Of a stretch of 64,000 bases of DNA, positions 30,001 to 43,700 are shown piece after piece; the first letter of the stretch is position 1; each line of letters opens with the position of its first letter. The notes under the pieces were generated by a model. That model saw only the letters and a list, made by a program, of their open reading frames with translations, ran no database searches and was not told the origin of the DNA. The DNA comes from Eledone cirrhosa (lineage: Eukaryota), in assembly GCA_964016885.1 (NCBI GenBank), contig OZ024740.1, positions 432,822,001 to 432,886,000 on the forward strand. The letters are read 5' to 3'. The position numbers were made by a program, and so were the translations under genes.

Positions 30001-33000
30001 TGTGACAGAACCATACAATCAGTAAGAATGGAGACTTGATATGTGACAGAACCACAGAAGCAGTAAGAATGGAGACTTGATATGTGACAGAACCATACAA
30101 TCAGTAAGAATGGAGACTTGATATGTGACAGAACCACAGAAGCAGTAAGAATGGAGACTTGATATGTGACAGAACCATACAATCAGTAAGAATGGAAACT
30201 TGATAAGTGACAGAACCACAGAAGCAGTAAGAATGGAGACTTGATATGTGACAGAACTACAGAAGCAGTAAGAATGGAGACTTGATATGTGACAGAACCA
30301 CAGAAGCAGTAAGAATGAAGACTTGATATGTGACAGAACCACAGAAGCAGTAAGAATGGAGACTTGATATGTGACAGAACCATGCAATCATTAAGAATGG
30401 AGACTTGATATGTGGCAGAACCACAGAAGCAGTAAGAATGGAGACTTGATATGTGACAGAACCATGCAATCATTAAGAATGGAGACTTGATATGTGACAG
30501 AACCACAGAATCAGTAAGAATGGAGACTTGATATGTGACAGAACCACAGAATCAGTAAAAATGGAGACTTGATATGTGACAGAACCACAGAAGCAGTAAG
30601 AATGGAGACTTGATATGTGACAGAAACACACAATCAGTAAGAATGGAGACTTGATATGTGACAGAACCACAGAATCAGTAAGAATGGAAACTTGATATGT
30701 GACAGAACCACAGAAGCAGTAAGAATGGAAACTTGATATGTGACAGAACCACAGAAGCAGTAAGCATGGAGACTTGATATGTGACAGAAACACAGAAGCA
30801 GTAAGAATGGAGACTTGATATGTGACAGAAACACACAATCAGTAAGAATGGAGACTTGATATGTGACAGAACCACAGAATCAGTAAGAATGGAAACTTGA
30901 TATGTGACAGAACCACAGAAGCAGTAAGAATGGAGACTTGATATGTGACAGAAACACAGAAGCAGTAAGAATGGAGACTTGATATGTGACAGAACCACAC
31001 AATCAGTAAGAATGGAAACTTGATATGTGACAGAACCACACAATCAGTAAGAATGGAGACTTGATATGTGACAGAACCACACAATCAGTAAGAATGGAGA
31101 CTTGATATGTGACAGAACTACAGAAACAGTAAGAATGGAGACTTGATATGTGACAGAACCACAGAATCAGTAAGAATGGAGACTTGATATGTGACAGAAC
31201 TACAGAAGCAGTAAGAATGGAGACTTGATATGTGACAGAACCACACAAGCAGTAAGAATGGAGACTTGATATGTGACAGAACCACAGAAGCAGTAAGAAT
31301 GGAGACTTGGTATGTGACAGAACCACAGAAGAAGTAAGAATGGAGACTTGATATGTGACAGAACCACAGAATCAGTAAGAATGGAGACTTGATATGTGAC
31401 AGAACCACAGAAGCAGTAACATTGGAGACTTGATATGTGACAGAACCACAGAATCAGTAAGAATGGAGACTTGATATATAACAGAACCACAGAAGCAGTA
31501 AGAATGGAGACTTGGTATGTGACAGAACCACAGAAGCAGTAAGAATGGAGACTTGATATGTGACAGAACCACAGAATCAGTAAGAATGGAGACTTGGTAT
31601 GTGACAGAACCACATAAGCAGTAAGAATGGAGACTTGATATGTGACAGAACCACAGAAGCAGTAAGAATGGAGACTTGGTATGTGACAGAACCACAGAAG
31701 CAGTAAGAATGGAGACTTGATATGTGACAGAACCACAGAATCAGTAAAAATGGAGACTTGATATGTGACAGAACCACATAAGCAGTAAGAATGGAGACTT
31801 GATATGTGACAGAACCACACAATCAGTAAGAATGGAGACTTGATATGTGACAGAACTACAGAAGCAGTAAGAATGGAGACTTGATATGTGACAGAACCAC
31901 AGAAGCAGTAAGAATGGAGACTTGATATGTGACAGAACCACAGAAGCAGTAAGAATGGAGACTTGATATGTGACAGAACCACAGAATCAGTAAGAATGGA
32001 GACTTGATATGTGACAGAACCACAGAACCAGTAAGAATGGAGACTTAATATATGACAGAACCACAGAAGCAGTAAGAATGGAGACTTGATATGTGACAGA
32101 ACCACAGAATCAGTAAGAATGGAGACTTGATATATGACAGAACCACAGAATCAGTAAGAATGGAGACTTAATATATGACAGAACCACAGAAGCAGTAAGA
32201 ATGGAGACTTGATATGTGACAGAACCACAGAATCAGTAAGAATGTAGACTTGATATGTGACAGAACCACAGAAGCAGTAAGAATGGACACTTGATATGTG
32301 ACAGAACCACAGAAGCAGTAAGAATGGAGACTTGATATGTGACAGAACCACAGAAGCAGTAAGAATGGAGACTTGATATGTGACAGAACCATACAATCAG
32401 TAAGAATGGAGACTTGATATGTGACAGAACCACAGAAGCAGTAAGAATGGAGACTTGATATGTGACAGAACCACAGAAGCAGTAAGAATGGAGACTTGAT
32501 ATGTGACAGAACCATACAATCAGTAAGAATGGAAACTTGATATGTGACAGAACCACAGAAGCAGTAAGAATGGAGACTTGATATGTGACAGAACTACAGA
32601 AGCAGTAAGAATGGAGACTTGATATGTGACAGAACCACAGAAGCAGTAAGAATGGAGACTTGATATGTGAAAGAACCATGCAATCATTAAGAATGGAGAC
32701 TTGATATGTGGCAGAACCACAGAAGCAGTAAGAATGGAGACTTGATATGTGACAGAACCATGCAATCATTAAGAATGGAGACTTGATATGTGACAGAACC
32801 ACAGAATCAGTAAGAATGGAGACTTGATATGTGACAGAACCACAGAATCAGTAAAAATGGAGACTTGATATGTGACAGAACCACAGAAGCAGGAAGAATG
32901 GAGACTTGATATGTGACAGAACCACAGAAGCACTAAGAATGGAGACTTGATATGTGACAGAACCACAGAAGCACTAAGAATGGAGACTTGATATGTGACA

Positions 33001-34734
33001 GAACCACAGAAGCAGTAAGAATGGAGACTTGATATGTGACAGAACCACAGAATCAGTAATAATGGAGACTTGATATGTGACAGAACCACAGAAGCAGTAA
33101 GAATGGAGACTTGATATGTGACAGAACCACACAATCAGTAAGAATGGAGACTTAATATGTGACAGAACCACAGAAGCAGTAAGAATGGAGACTTGATATG
33201 TGACAGAACCACAGAAGCAGTAAGAATGGAGACTTGATATGTGACAGAACCACAGAATCAGTAAGAATGGAGACTTAATATGTGACAGAACCACAGAAGC
33301 AGTAAGAATGGAGACTTGATATGTGACAGAACCACAGAAGCAGTAAGAATGGAGACTTGATATGTGACAGAAACACACAATCAGTAAGAATGGAGACTTG
33401 ATATGTGACAGAACCACAGAAGCAGTAAGAATGGAGACTTGATATGTGACAGAACCACAGAATCAGTAAGAATGGAGACTTAATATGTGACAGAACCACA
33501 GAAGCAGTAAGAATGGAGACTTGATATGTGACAGAACTACAGAAGCAGTAAGAATGGAGACTTGATATGTGACAGAACCACAGAAGCAGTAAGAATGGAG
33601 ACTTGATATGTGACAGAAACACACAATCAGTAAGAATGGAGACTTGATATGTGACAGAACCATACAATCAGTAAGAATGGAAACTTGATATGTGACAGAA
33701 CCACAGAAGCAGTAAGAATGGAGACTTGATATGTGACAGAACCATGCAATCATTAAGAATGGAGACTTGATATGTGACAGAACCACAGAAGCACTAAGAA
33801 TGGAGACTTGATATGTGACAGAACCACAGAAGCAGTAAGAATGGAGACTTGATATGTGACAGAACCACAGAATCAGTAATAATGGAGACTTGATATGTGA
33901 CAGAACCACAGAAGCAGTAAGAATGGAGACTTGATATGTGACAGAACCACACAATCAGTAAGAATGGAGACTTAATATGTGACAGAACCACAGAAGCAGT
34001 AAGAATGGAGACTTGATATGGGACAGAACCACAGAAGCAGTAAGAATGGAGACTTGATATGTGACAGAACCACAGAATCAGTAAGAATGGAGACTTAATA
34101 TGTGACAGAACCACAGAAGCAGTAAGAATGGAGACTTGATATGTGACAGAACTACAGAAGCAGTAAGAATGGAGACTTGATATGTGACAGAACCACAGAA
34201 GCAGTAAGAATGGAGACTTGATATGTGACAGAAACACACAATCAGTAAGAATGGAGACTTGATATGTGACAGAATCACAGAATCAGTAAGAATGGAAACT
34301 TGATATGTGACAGAACCACAGAAGCAGTAAGAATGGAGACTTGATATGTGACAGAAACACAGAAGCAGTAAGAATGGAGACTTGATATGTGACAGAAACA
34401 CACAATCAGTAAGAATGGAGACTTGATATGTGACAGAACCACAGAATCAGTAAGAATGGAAACTTGATATGTGACAGAACCACAGAAGCAGTAAGAATGG
34501 AGACTTGATATGTGACAGAAACACAGAAGCAGTAAGAATGGAGACTTGATATGTGACAGAACCACACAATCAGTAAGAATGGAAACTTGATATGTGACAG
34601 AACCACACAATCAGTAAGAATGGAGACTTGATATGTGACAGAACCACACAATCAGTAAGAATGGAGACTTGATATGTGACAGAACTACAGAAACAGTAAG
34701 AATGGAGACTTGATATGTGACAGAACCACAGAAT

Positions 34735-37700
34735 CAGTAAGAATGGAGACTTGATATGTGACAGAACTACAGAAGCAGTAAGAATGGAGACTTGATATGT
34801 GACAGAACCACACAAGCAGTAAGAATGGAGACTTGATATGTGACAGAACCACAGAAGCAGTAAGAATGGAGACTTGGTATGTGACAGAACCACAGAAGCA
34901 GTAAGAATGGAGACTTGATATGTGACAGAACCACAGAATCAGTAAGAATGGAGACTTGATATGTGACAGAACCACAGAAGCAGTAACATTGGAGACTTGA
35001 TATGTGACAGAACCACAGAATCAGTAAGAATGGAGACTTGATATGTAACAGAACCACAGAAGCAGTAAGAATGGAGACTTGGTATGTGACAGAACCACAG
35101 AAGCAGTAAGAATGGAGACTTGATATGTGACAGAACCACAGAATCAGTAAGAATGGAGACTTGGTATGTGACAGAACCACATAAGCAGTAAGAATGGAGA
35201 CTTGATATGTGACAGAACCACAGAAGCAGTAAGAATGGAGACTTGGTATGTGACAGAACCACAGAAGCAGTAAGAATGGAGACTTGATATGTGACAGAAC
35301 CACAGAATCAGTAAAAATGGAGACTTGATATGTGACAGAACCACATAAGCAGTAAGAATGGAGACTTGATATGTGACAGAACCACACAATCAGTAAGAAT
35401 GGAGACTTGATATGTGACAGAACTACAGAAGCAGTAAGAATGGAGACTTGATATGTGACAGAACCACAGAAGCAGTAAGATTGGAGACTTGATATGTGAC
35501 AGAACCACAGAATCAGTAAGAATGGAGACTTGATATGTGACAGAACCACACAATCAGTAAGAATGGAGACTTGATATGTGACAGAACCACACAATCAGTA
35601 AGAATGGAGACTTGATATGTGACAGAACCACAGAATCAGTAAAAATGGAGACTTGATATGTGACAGAACCACATAAGCAGTAAGAATGGAGACTTGATAT
35701 GTGACAGAACCACACAATCAGTAAGAATGGAGACTTAATATGCGACAGAACCACAGAAGCAGGAAGAATGGAGACTTGATATGTGACAGAACCACAGAAG
35801 CAGTAAGAATGGAGACTTGATATGTGACAGAACGACAGAAGCAGTAAGAATGGAGACTTGATATGTGACAGAACCACAGAATCAGTAAGAATGGAGACTT
35901 GATATGTAACAGAACCACAGAAGCAGTAAGAATGGAGACTTGGTATGTGACAGAACCACAGAAGCAGTAAGAATGGAGACTTGATATGTAACAGAAGCAC
36001 ACAATCAGTAAGAATGGAGACTTGATATGTGACAGAACCACACAAGCACTAAGAATGGAGACTTGATATGTGACAGAACCACAGAATCAGTAAGAATGGA
36101 GACTTGATATGTAACAGAACCACAGAAGCAGTAAGAATGGAGACTTGATATGTGACAGAACCACAGAAGCAGTAAGAATGGAGACTTGGTATGTGACAGA
36201 ACCACAGAAGCAGTAAGAATGGAGACTTGATATGTGACAGAACTACAGAAGCAGTAAGAATGGAGACTTGATATGTGACAGAACCACAGAATCAGTAAGA
36301 ATGGAGACTTGGTATGTGACAGAACCACAGAAGCAGTAAGAATGGAGACTTGATATGTGACAGAACTACAGAAGCAGTAAGAATGGAGACTTGATATGTG
36401 ACAGAACCACAGAAGCAGTAAGAATGGAGACTTGATATGTGACAGAACCATGCAATCATTAAGAATGGAGACTTGATATGTGGCAGAACCACAGAAGCAG
36501 TAAGAATGGAGACTTGATATGTGACAGAACCATGCAATCATTAAGAATGGAGACTTGATATGTGACAGAACCACAGAATCAGTAAGAATGGAGACTTGAT
36601 ATGTGACAGAACCACAGAATCAGTAAAAATGGAGACTTGATATGTGACAGAACCACAGAAGCAGTAAGAATGGAGACTTGATATGTGACAGAACCACAGA
36701 AGCACTAAGAATGGAGACTTGATATGTGACAGAACCACAGAATCAGTAATAATGGAGACTTGATATGTGACAGAACCACAGAAGCAGTAAGAATGGAGAC
36801 TTGATATGTGACAGAACCACACAATCAGTAAGAATGGAGACTTAATATGTGACAGAACCACAGAAGCAGTAAGAATGGAGACTTGATATGTGACAGAACC
36901 ACAGAAGCAGTAAGAATGGAGACTTGATATGTGACAGAACCACAGAATCAGTAAGAATGGAGACTTAATATGTGACAGAACCACAGAAGCAGTAAGAATG
37001 GAGACTTGATATGTGACAGAACCACAGAAGCAGTAAGAATGGAGACTTGATATGTGACAGAAACACACAATCAGTAAGAATGGAGACTTGATATGTGACA
37101 GAACCACAGAAGCAGTAAGAATGGAGACTTGATATGTGACAGAACCACAGAATCAGTAAGAATGGAGACTTAATATGTGACAGAACCACAGAAGCAGTAA
37201 GAATGGAGACTTGATATGTGACAGAACTACAGAAGCAGTAAGAATGGAGACTTGATATGTGACAGAACCACAGAAGCAGTAAGAATGGAGACTTGATATG
37301 TGACAGAAACACACAATCAGTAAGAATGGAGACTTGATATGTGACAGAACCATACAATCAGTAAGAATGGAAACTTGATATGTGACAGAACCACAGACGC
37401 AGTAAGAATGGAGACTTGATATGTGACAGAACCATACAATCAGTAAGAATGGAGACTTGATATGTGACAGAACCACAGAAGCAGTAAGAATGGAGACTTG
37501 ATATGTGACAGAACCATGCAATCATTAAGAATGGAGACTTGATATGTGACAGAACCACAGAAGCAGTAAGAATGGAGACTTGATATGTGACAGAACCATG
37601 CAATCATTAAGAATGGAGACTTGATATGTGACAGAACCACAGAATCAGTAAGAATGGAGACTTGATATGTGACAGAACCAGAGAATCAGTAAAAATGGAG

Positions 37701-40700
37701 ACTTGATATGTGACAGAACCACAGAAGCAGTAAGAATGGAGACTTGATATGTGACAGAACCACAGAAGCAGTAAGAATGGAGACTTGATATGTGACAGAA
37801 CCACAGAAGCACTAAGAATGGAGACTTGATATGTGACAGAACCACAGAAGCACTAAGAATGGAGACTTGATATGTGACAGAACCACAGAAGCAGTAAGAA
37901 TGGAGACTTGATATGTGACAGAACCACAGAATCAGTAATAATGGAGACTTGATATGTGACAGAACCACAGAAGCAGTAAGAATGGAGACTTGATATGTGA
38001 CAGAACCACACAATCAGTAAGAATGGAGACTTAATATGTGACAGAACCACAGAAGCAGTAAGAATGGAGACTTGATATGGGACAGAACCACAGAAGCAGT
38101 AAGAATGGAGACTTGATATGTGACAGAACCACAGAATCAGTAAGAATGGAGACTTAATATGTGACAGAACCACAGAAGCAGTAAGAATGGAGACTTGATA
38201 TGTGACAGAACTACAGAAGCAGTAAGAATGGAGACTTGATATGTGACAGAACCACAGAAGCAGTAAGAATGGAGACTTGATATGTGACAGAAACACACAA
38301 TCAGTAAGAATGGAGACTTGATATGTGACAGAACCACACAATCAGTAAGAATGGAAACTTGATATGTGACAGAACCACACAATCAGTAAGAATGGAGACT
38401 TGATATGTGACAGAACCACACAATCAGTAAGAATGGAGACTTGATATGTGACAGAACTACAGAAACAGTAAGAATGGAGACTTGATATGTGACAGAACCA
38501 CAGAATCAGTAAGAATGGAGACTTGATATGTGACAGAACTACAGAAGCAGTAAGAATGGAGACTTGATATGTGACAGAACCACACAAGCAGTAAGAATGG
38601 AGACTTGATATGTGACAGAACCACAGAAGCAGTAAGAATGGAGACTTGGTATGTGACAGAACCACAGAAGCAGTAAGAATGGAGACTTGATATGTGACAG
38701 AACCACAGAATCAGTAAGAATGGAGACTTGGTATGTGACAGAACCACAGAAGCAGTAAGAATGGAGACTTGATATGTGACAGAACCACAGAATCAGTAAG
38801 AATGGAGACTTGGTATGTGACAGAACCACATAAGCAGTAAGAATGGAGACTTGATATGTGACAGAACCACAGAAGCAGTAAGAATGGAGACTTGGTATGT
38901 GACAGAACCACAGAAGCAGTAAGAATGGAGACTTGATATGTGACAGAACCACAGAATCAGTAAAAATGGAGACTTGATATGTGACAGAACCACATAAGCA
39001 GTAAGAATGGAGACTTGATATGTGACAGAACCACACAATCAGTAAGAATGGAGACTTAATATGCGACAGAACCACAGAAGCAGTAAGAATGGAGACTTGA
39101 TATGTGACAGAACCACAGAAGCAGTAAGAATGGAGACTTCATATGTGACAGAACGACAGAAGCAGTAAGAATGGAGACTTGATATGTGACAGAACCACAG
39201 AATCAGTAAGAATGGAGACTTGATATGGAACAGAACCACAGAAGCAGTAAGAATGGAGACTTGGTATGTGACAGAACCACAGAAGCAGTAAGAATGGAGA
39301 CTTGATATGTAACAGAACCACAGAATCAGTAAGAATGGAGACTTGATATGTGACAGAACCACAGAATCAGTAAGAATGGAGACTTGATATGGAACAGAAC
39401 CACAGAAGCAGTAAGAATGGAGACTTGGTATGTGACAGAACCACAGAAGCAGTAAGAATGGAGACTTGATATGTGACAGAACCACAGAAGCAGTAAGAAT
39501 GGAGACTTGATATGTAACAGAACCACAGAATCAGTAAGAATGGAGACTTGATATGTGACAGAACCACAGAATCAGTAAGAATGGAGACTTGATATGTGAC
39601 AGAACCACACAAGCAGTAAGAATGGAGACTTGATATGTAACAGAACCACAGAAGCAGTAAGAATGGAGACTTGATATGTGACAGAACCACAGAAGCAGTA
39701 AGAATGGAGACTTGATATGTGACAGAACCACAGAAGCAGTAAGAATGGAGACTTAATATGTGACAGAACCACAGAATCAGTAAGAATGGAGACTTAATAT
39801 GTGACAGAACCACAGAAGCAGTAAGAATGGAGACTTGATATGTGACAGAACCACAGAATCAGTAAGAATGGAGACTTGATATGTGACAGAACTACAGAAG
39901 CAGTAAGAATGGAGACTTGATATGTGACAGAACCACAGAATCAGTAAGAATGGAAACTTGATATGTGACAGAACCACAGAATCAGTAAGAATGGAGACTT
40001 GATATGTGACAGAACCACAGAAGCAGTAAGATTGGAGACTTGATATGTGACAGAACCACAGAAGCAGTAAGAATGGAGACTTGATATGTAACAGAACCAC
40101 AGAAGCAGTAAGAATGGAGACTTGGTATGTGACAGAACCACAGAAGCAGTAAGAATGGAGACTTGATATGTGACAGAACCACAGAATCAGTAAGAATGGA
40201 GACTTGGTATGTGACAGAACCACATAAGCAGTAAGAATGGAGACTTGATATGTGACAGAACCACAGAAGCAGTAAGAATGGAGACTTGGTATGTGACAGA
40301 ACAACAGAAGCAGTAAGAATGGAGACTTGATATGTGACAGAACCACAGAATCAGTAAAAATGGAGACTTGATATGCGACAGAACCACATAAGCAATAAGA
40401 ATGGAGACTTGATATGTGACAGAACCACACAATCAGTAAGAATGGAGACTTGATATGTGACAGAACCACAGAAGCAGTAAGAATGGAGACTTGATATGTG
40501 ACAGAACCACAGAATCAGTAAGAATGGAGACTTGATATGTGACAGAACCACATAAGCAGTAAGAATGGAGACTTGATATTTGACAGAACCACATAAGCAG
40601 TAAGAATGGAGACTTGATATGTGACAGAACCATACAATCAGTAAGAATGGAGACTTGATATGTGACAGAACCACAGAAGCAGTAAGAATGGAGACTTGAT

Positions 40701-43700
40701 ATGTGACAGAACCATGCAATCATTAAGAATGGAGACTTGATATGTGACAGAACCACAGAATCAGTAAGAATGGAGACTTGATATGTGACAGAACCACAGA
40801 ATCAGTAAAAATGGAGACTTGATATGTGACAGAACCACAGAAGCAGTAAGAATGGAGACTTGATATGTGACAGAACCACAGAAGCACTAAGAATGGAGAC
40901 TTGATATGTGACAGAACCACAGAAGCACTAAGAATGGAGACTTGATATGTGACAGAACCACAGAAGCAGTAAGAATGGAGACTTGATATGTGACAGAACC
41001 ACACAATCAGTAATAATGGAGACTTAATATGTGACAGAACCACAGAAGCAGTAAGAATGGAGACTTGATATGTGACAGAACCACAGAAGCAGTAAGAATG
41101 GAGACTTGATATGTGACAGAACCACAGAATCAGTAAGAATGGAGACTTAATATGTGACAGAACCACAGAAGCAGTAAGAATGGAGACTTGATATGTGACA
41201 GAACTACAGAAGCAGTAAGAATGGAGACTTGATATGTGACAGAACCACAGAAGCAGTAAGAATGGAGACTTGATATGTGACAGAAACACACAATCAGTAA
41301 GAATGGAGACTTGATATGTGACAGAACCACAGAAGCACTAAGAATGGAGACTTGATATGTGACAGAACCACACAATCAGTAAGAATGGAGACTTGATATG
41401 TGACAGAACCACAGAATCAGTAAGAATGGAGACTTGATATGTGACAGAACTACAGAAGCAGTAAGAATGGAGACTTGATATGTGACAGAACCACAGAATC
41501 AGTAAGAATGGAGACTTGATATGTGACAGAACTACAGAAGCAGTAAGAATGGAGACTTGATATGTGACAGAACCACACAAGCAGTAAGAATGGAGACTTG
41601 ATATGTGACAGAACCACAGAAGCAGTAAGAATGGAGACTTGGTATGTGACAGAACCACAGAATCAGTAAGAATGGAGACTTGATATGTGACAGAACCACA
41701 GAAGCAGTAACATTGGAGACTTGATATGTGACAGAACCACAGAATCAGTAAGAATGGAGACTTGATATGTAACAGAACCACAGAAGCAGTAAGAATGGAG
41801 ACTTGGTATGTGACAGAACCACAGAAGCAGTAAGAATGGAGACTTGATATGTGACAGAACCACAGAATCAGTAAGAATGGAGACTTGGTATGTGACAGAA
41901 CCACATAAGCAGTAAGAATGGAGACTTGATATGTGACAGAACCACAGAAGCAGTAAGAATGGAGACTTGGTATGTGACAGAACCACAGAAGCAGTAAGAA
42001 TGGAGACTTGATATGTGACAGAACCACAGAATCAGTAAAAATGGAGACTTGATATGTGACAGAACCACATAAGCAGTAAGAATGGAGACTTGATATGTGA
42101 CAGAACCACACAATCAGTAAGAATGGAGACTTAATATGCGACAGAACCATAGAAGCAGTAAGAATGGAGACTTGATATGTGACAGAACCACAGAAGCAGT
42201 AAGAATGGAGACTTGATATGTGACAGAACGACAGAAGCAGTAAGAATGGAGACTTGATATGTGACAGAACCACAGAATCAGTAAGAATGGAGACTTGATA
42301 TGGAACAGAACCACAGAAGCAGTAAGAATGGAGACTTGGTATGTGACAGAACCACAGAAGCAGTAAGAATGGAGACTTGATATGTAACAGAACCACAGAA
42401 TCAGTAAGAATGGAGACTTGATATGTGACAGAACCACAGAATCAGTAAGAATGGAGACTTGATATGGAACAGAACCACAGAAGCAGTAAGAATGGAGACT
42501 TGGTATGTGACAGAACCACAGAATCAGTAAGAATGGAGACTTGATATGTGACAGAACCACAGAAGCAGTAAGAATGGAGACTTGATATGGGACAGAACCA
42601 CAGAAGCAGTAAGAATGGAGACTTGATATGTGACAGAACCACAGAATCAGTAAGAATGGAGACTTAATATGTGACAGAACCACAGAAGCAGTAAGAATGG
42701 AGACTTGATATGTGACAGAACTACAGAAGCAGTAAGAATGGAGACTTGATATGTGACAGAACCACAGAAGCAGTAAGAATGGAGACTTGATATGTGACAG
42801 AAACACACAATCAGTAAGAATGGAGACTTGATATGTGACAGAACCACACAATCAGTAAGAATGGAAACTTGATATGTGACAGAACCACACAATCAGTAAG
42901 AATGGAGACTTGATATGTGACAGAACCACACAATCAGTAAGAATGGAGACTTGATATGTGACAGAACTACAGAAACAGTAAGAATGGAGACTTGATATGT
43001 GACAGAACCACAGAATCAGTAAGAATGGAGACTTGATATGTGACAGAACTACAGAAGCAGTAAGAATGGAGACTTGATATGTGACAGAACCACACAAGCA
43101 GTAAGAATGGAGACTTGATATGTGACAGAACCACAGAAGCAGTAAGAATGGAGACTTGGTATGTGACAGAACCACAGAAGCAGTAAGAATGGAGACTTGA
43201 TATGTGACAGAACCACAGAATCAGTAAGAATGGAGACTTGGTATGTGACAGAACCACAGAAGCAGTAAGAATGGAGACTTGATATGTGACAGAACCACAG
43301 AATCAGTAAGAATGGAGACTTGGTATGTGACAGAACCACATAAGCAGTAAGAATGGAGACTTGATATGTGACAGAACCACAGAAGCAGTAAGAATGGAGA
43401 CTTGGTATGTGACAGAACCACAGAAGCAGTAAGAATGGAGACTTGATATGTGACAGAACCACAGAATCAGTAAAAATGGAGACTTGATATGTGACAGAAC
43501 CACATAAGCAGTAAGAATGGAGACTTGATATGTGACAGAACCACACAATCAGTAAGAATGGAGACTTAATATGCGACAGAACCACAGAAGCAGTAAGAAT
43601 GGAGACTTGATATGTGACAGAACCACAGAAGCAGTAAGAATGGAGACTTCATATGTGACAGAACGACAGAAGCAGTAAGAATGGAGACTTGATATGTGAC

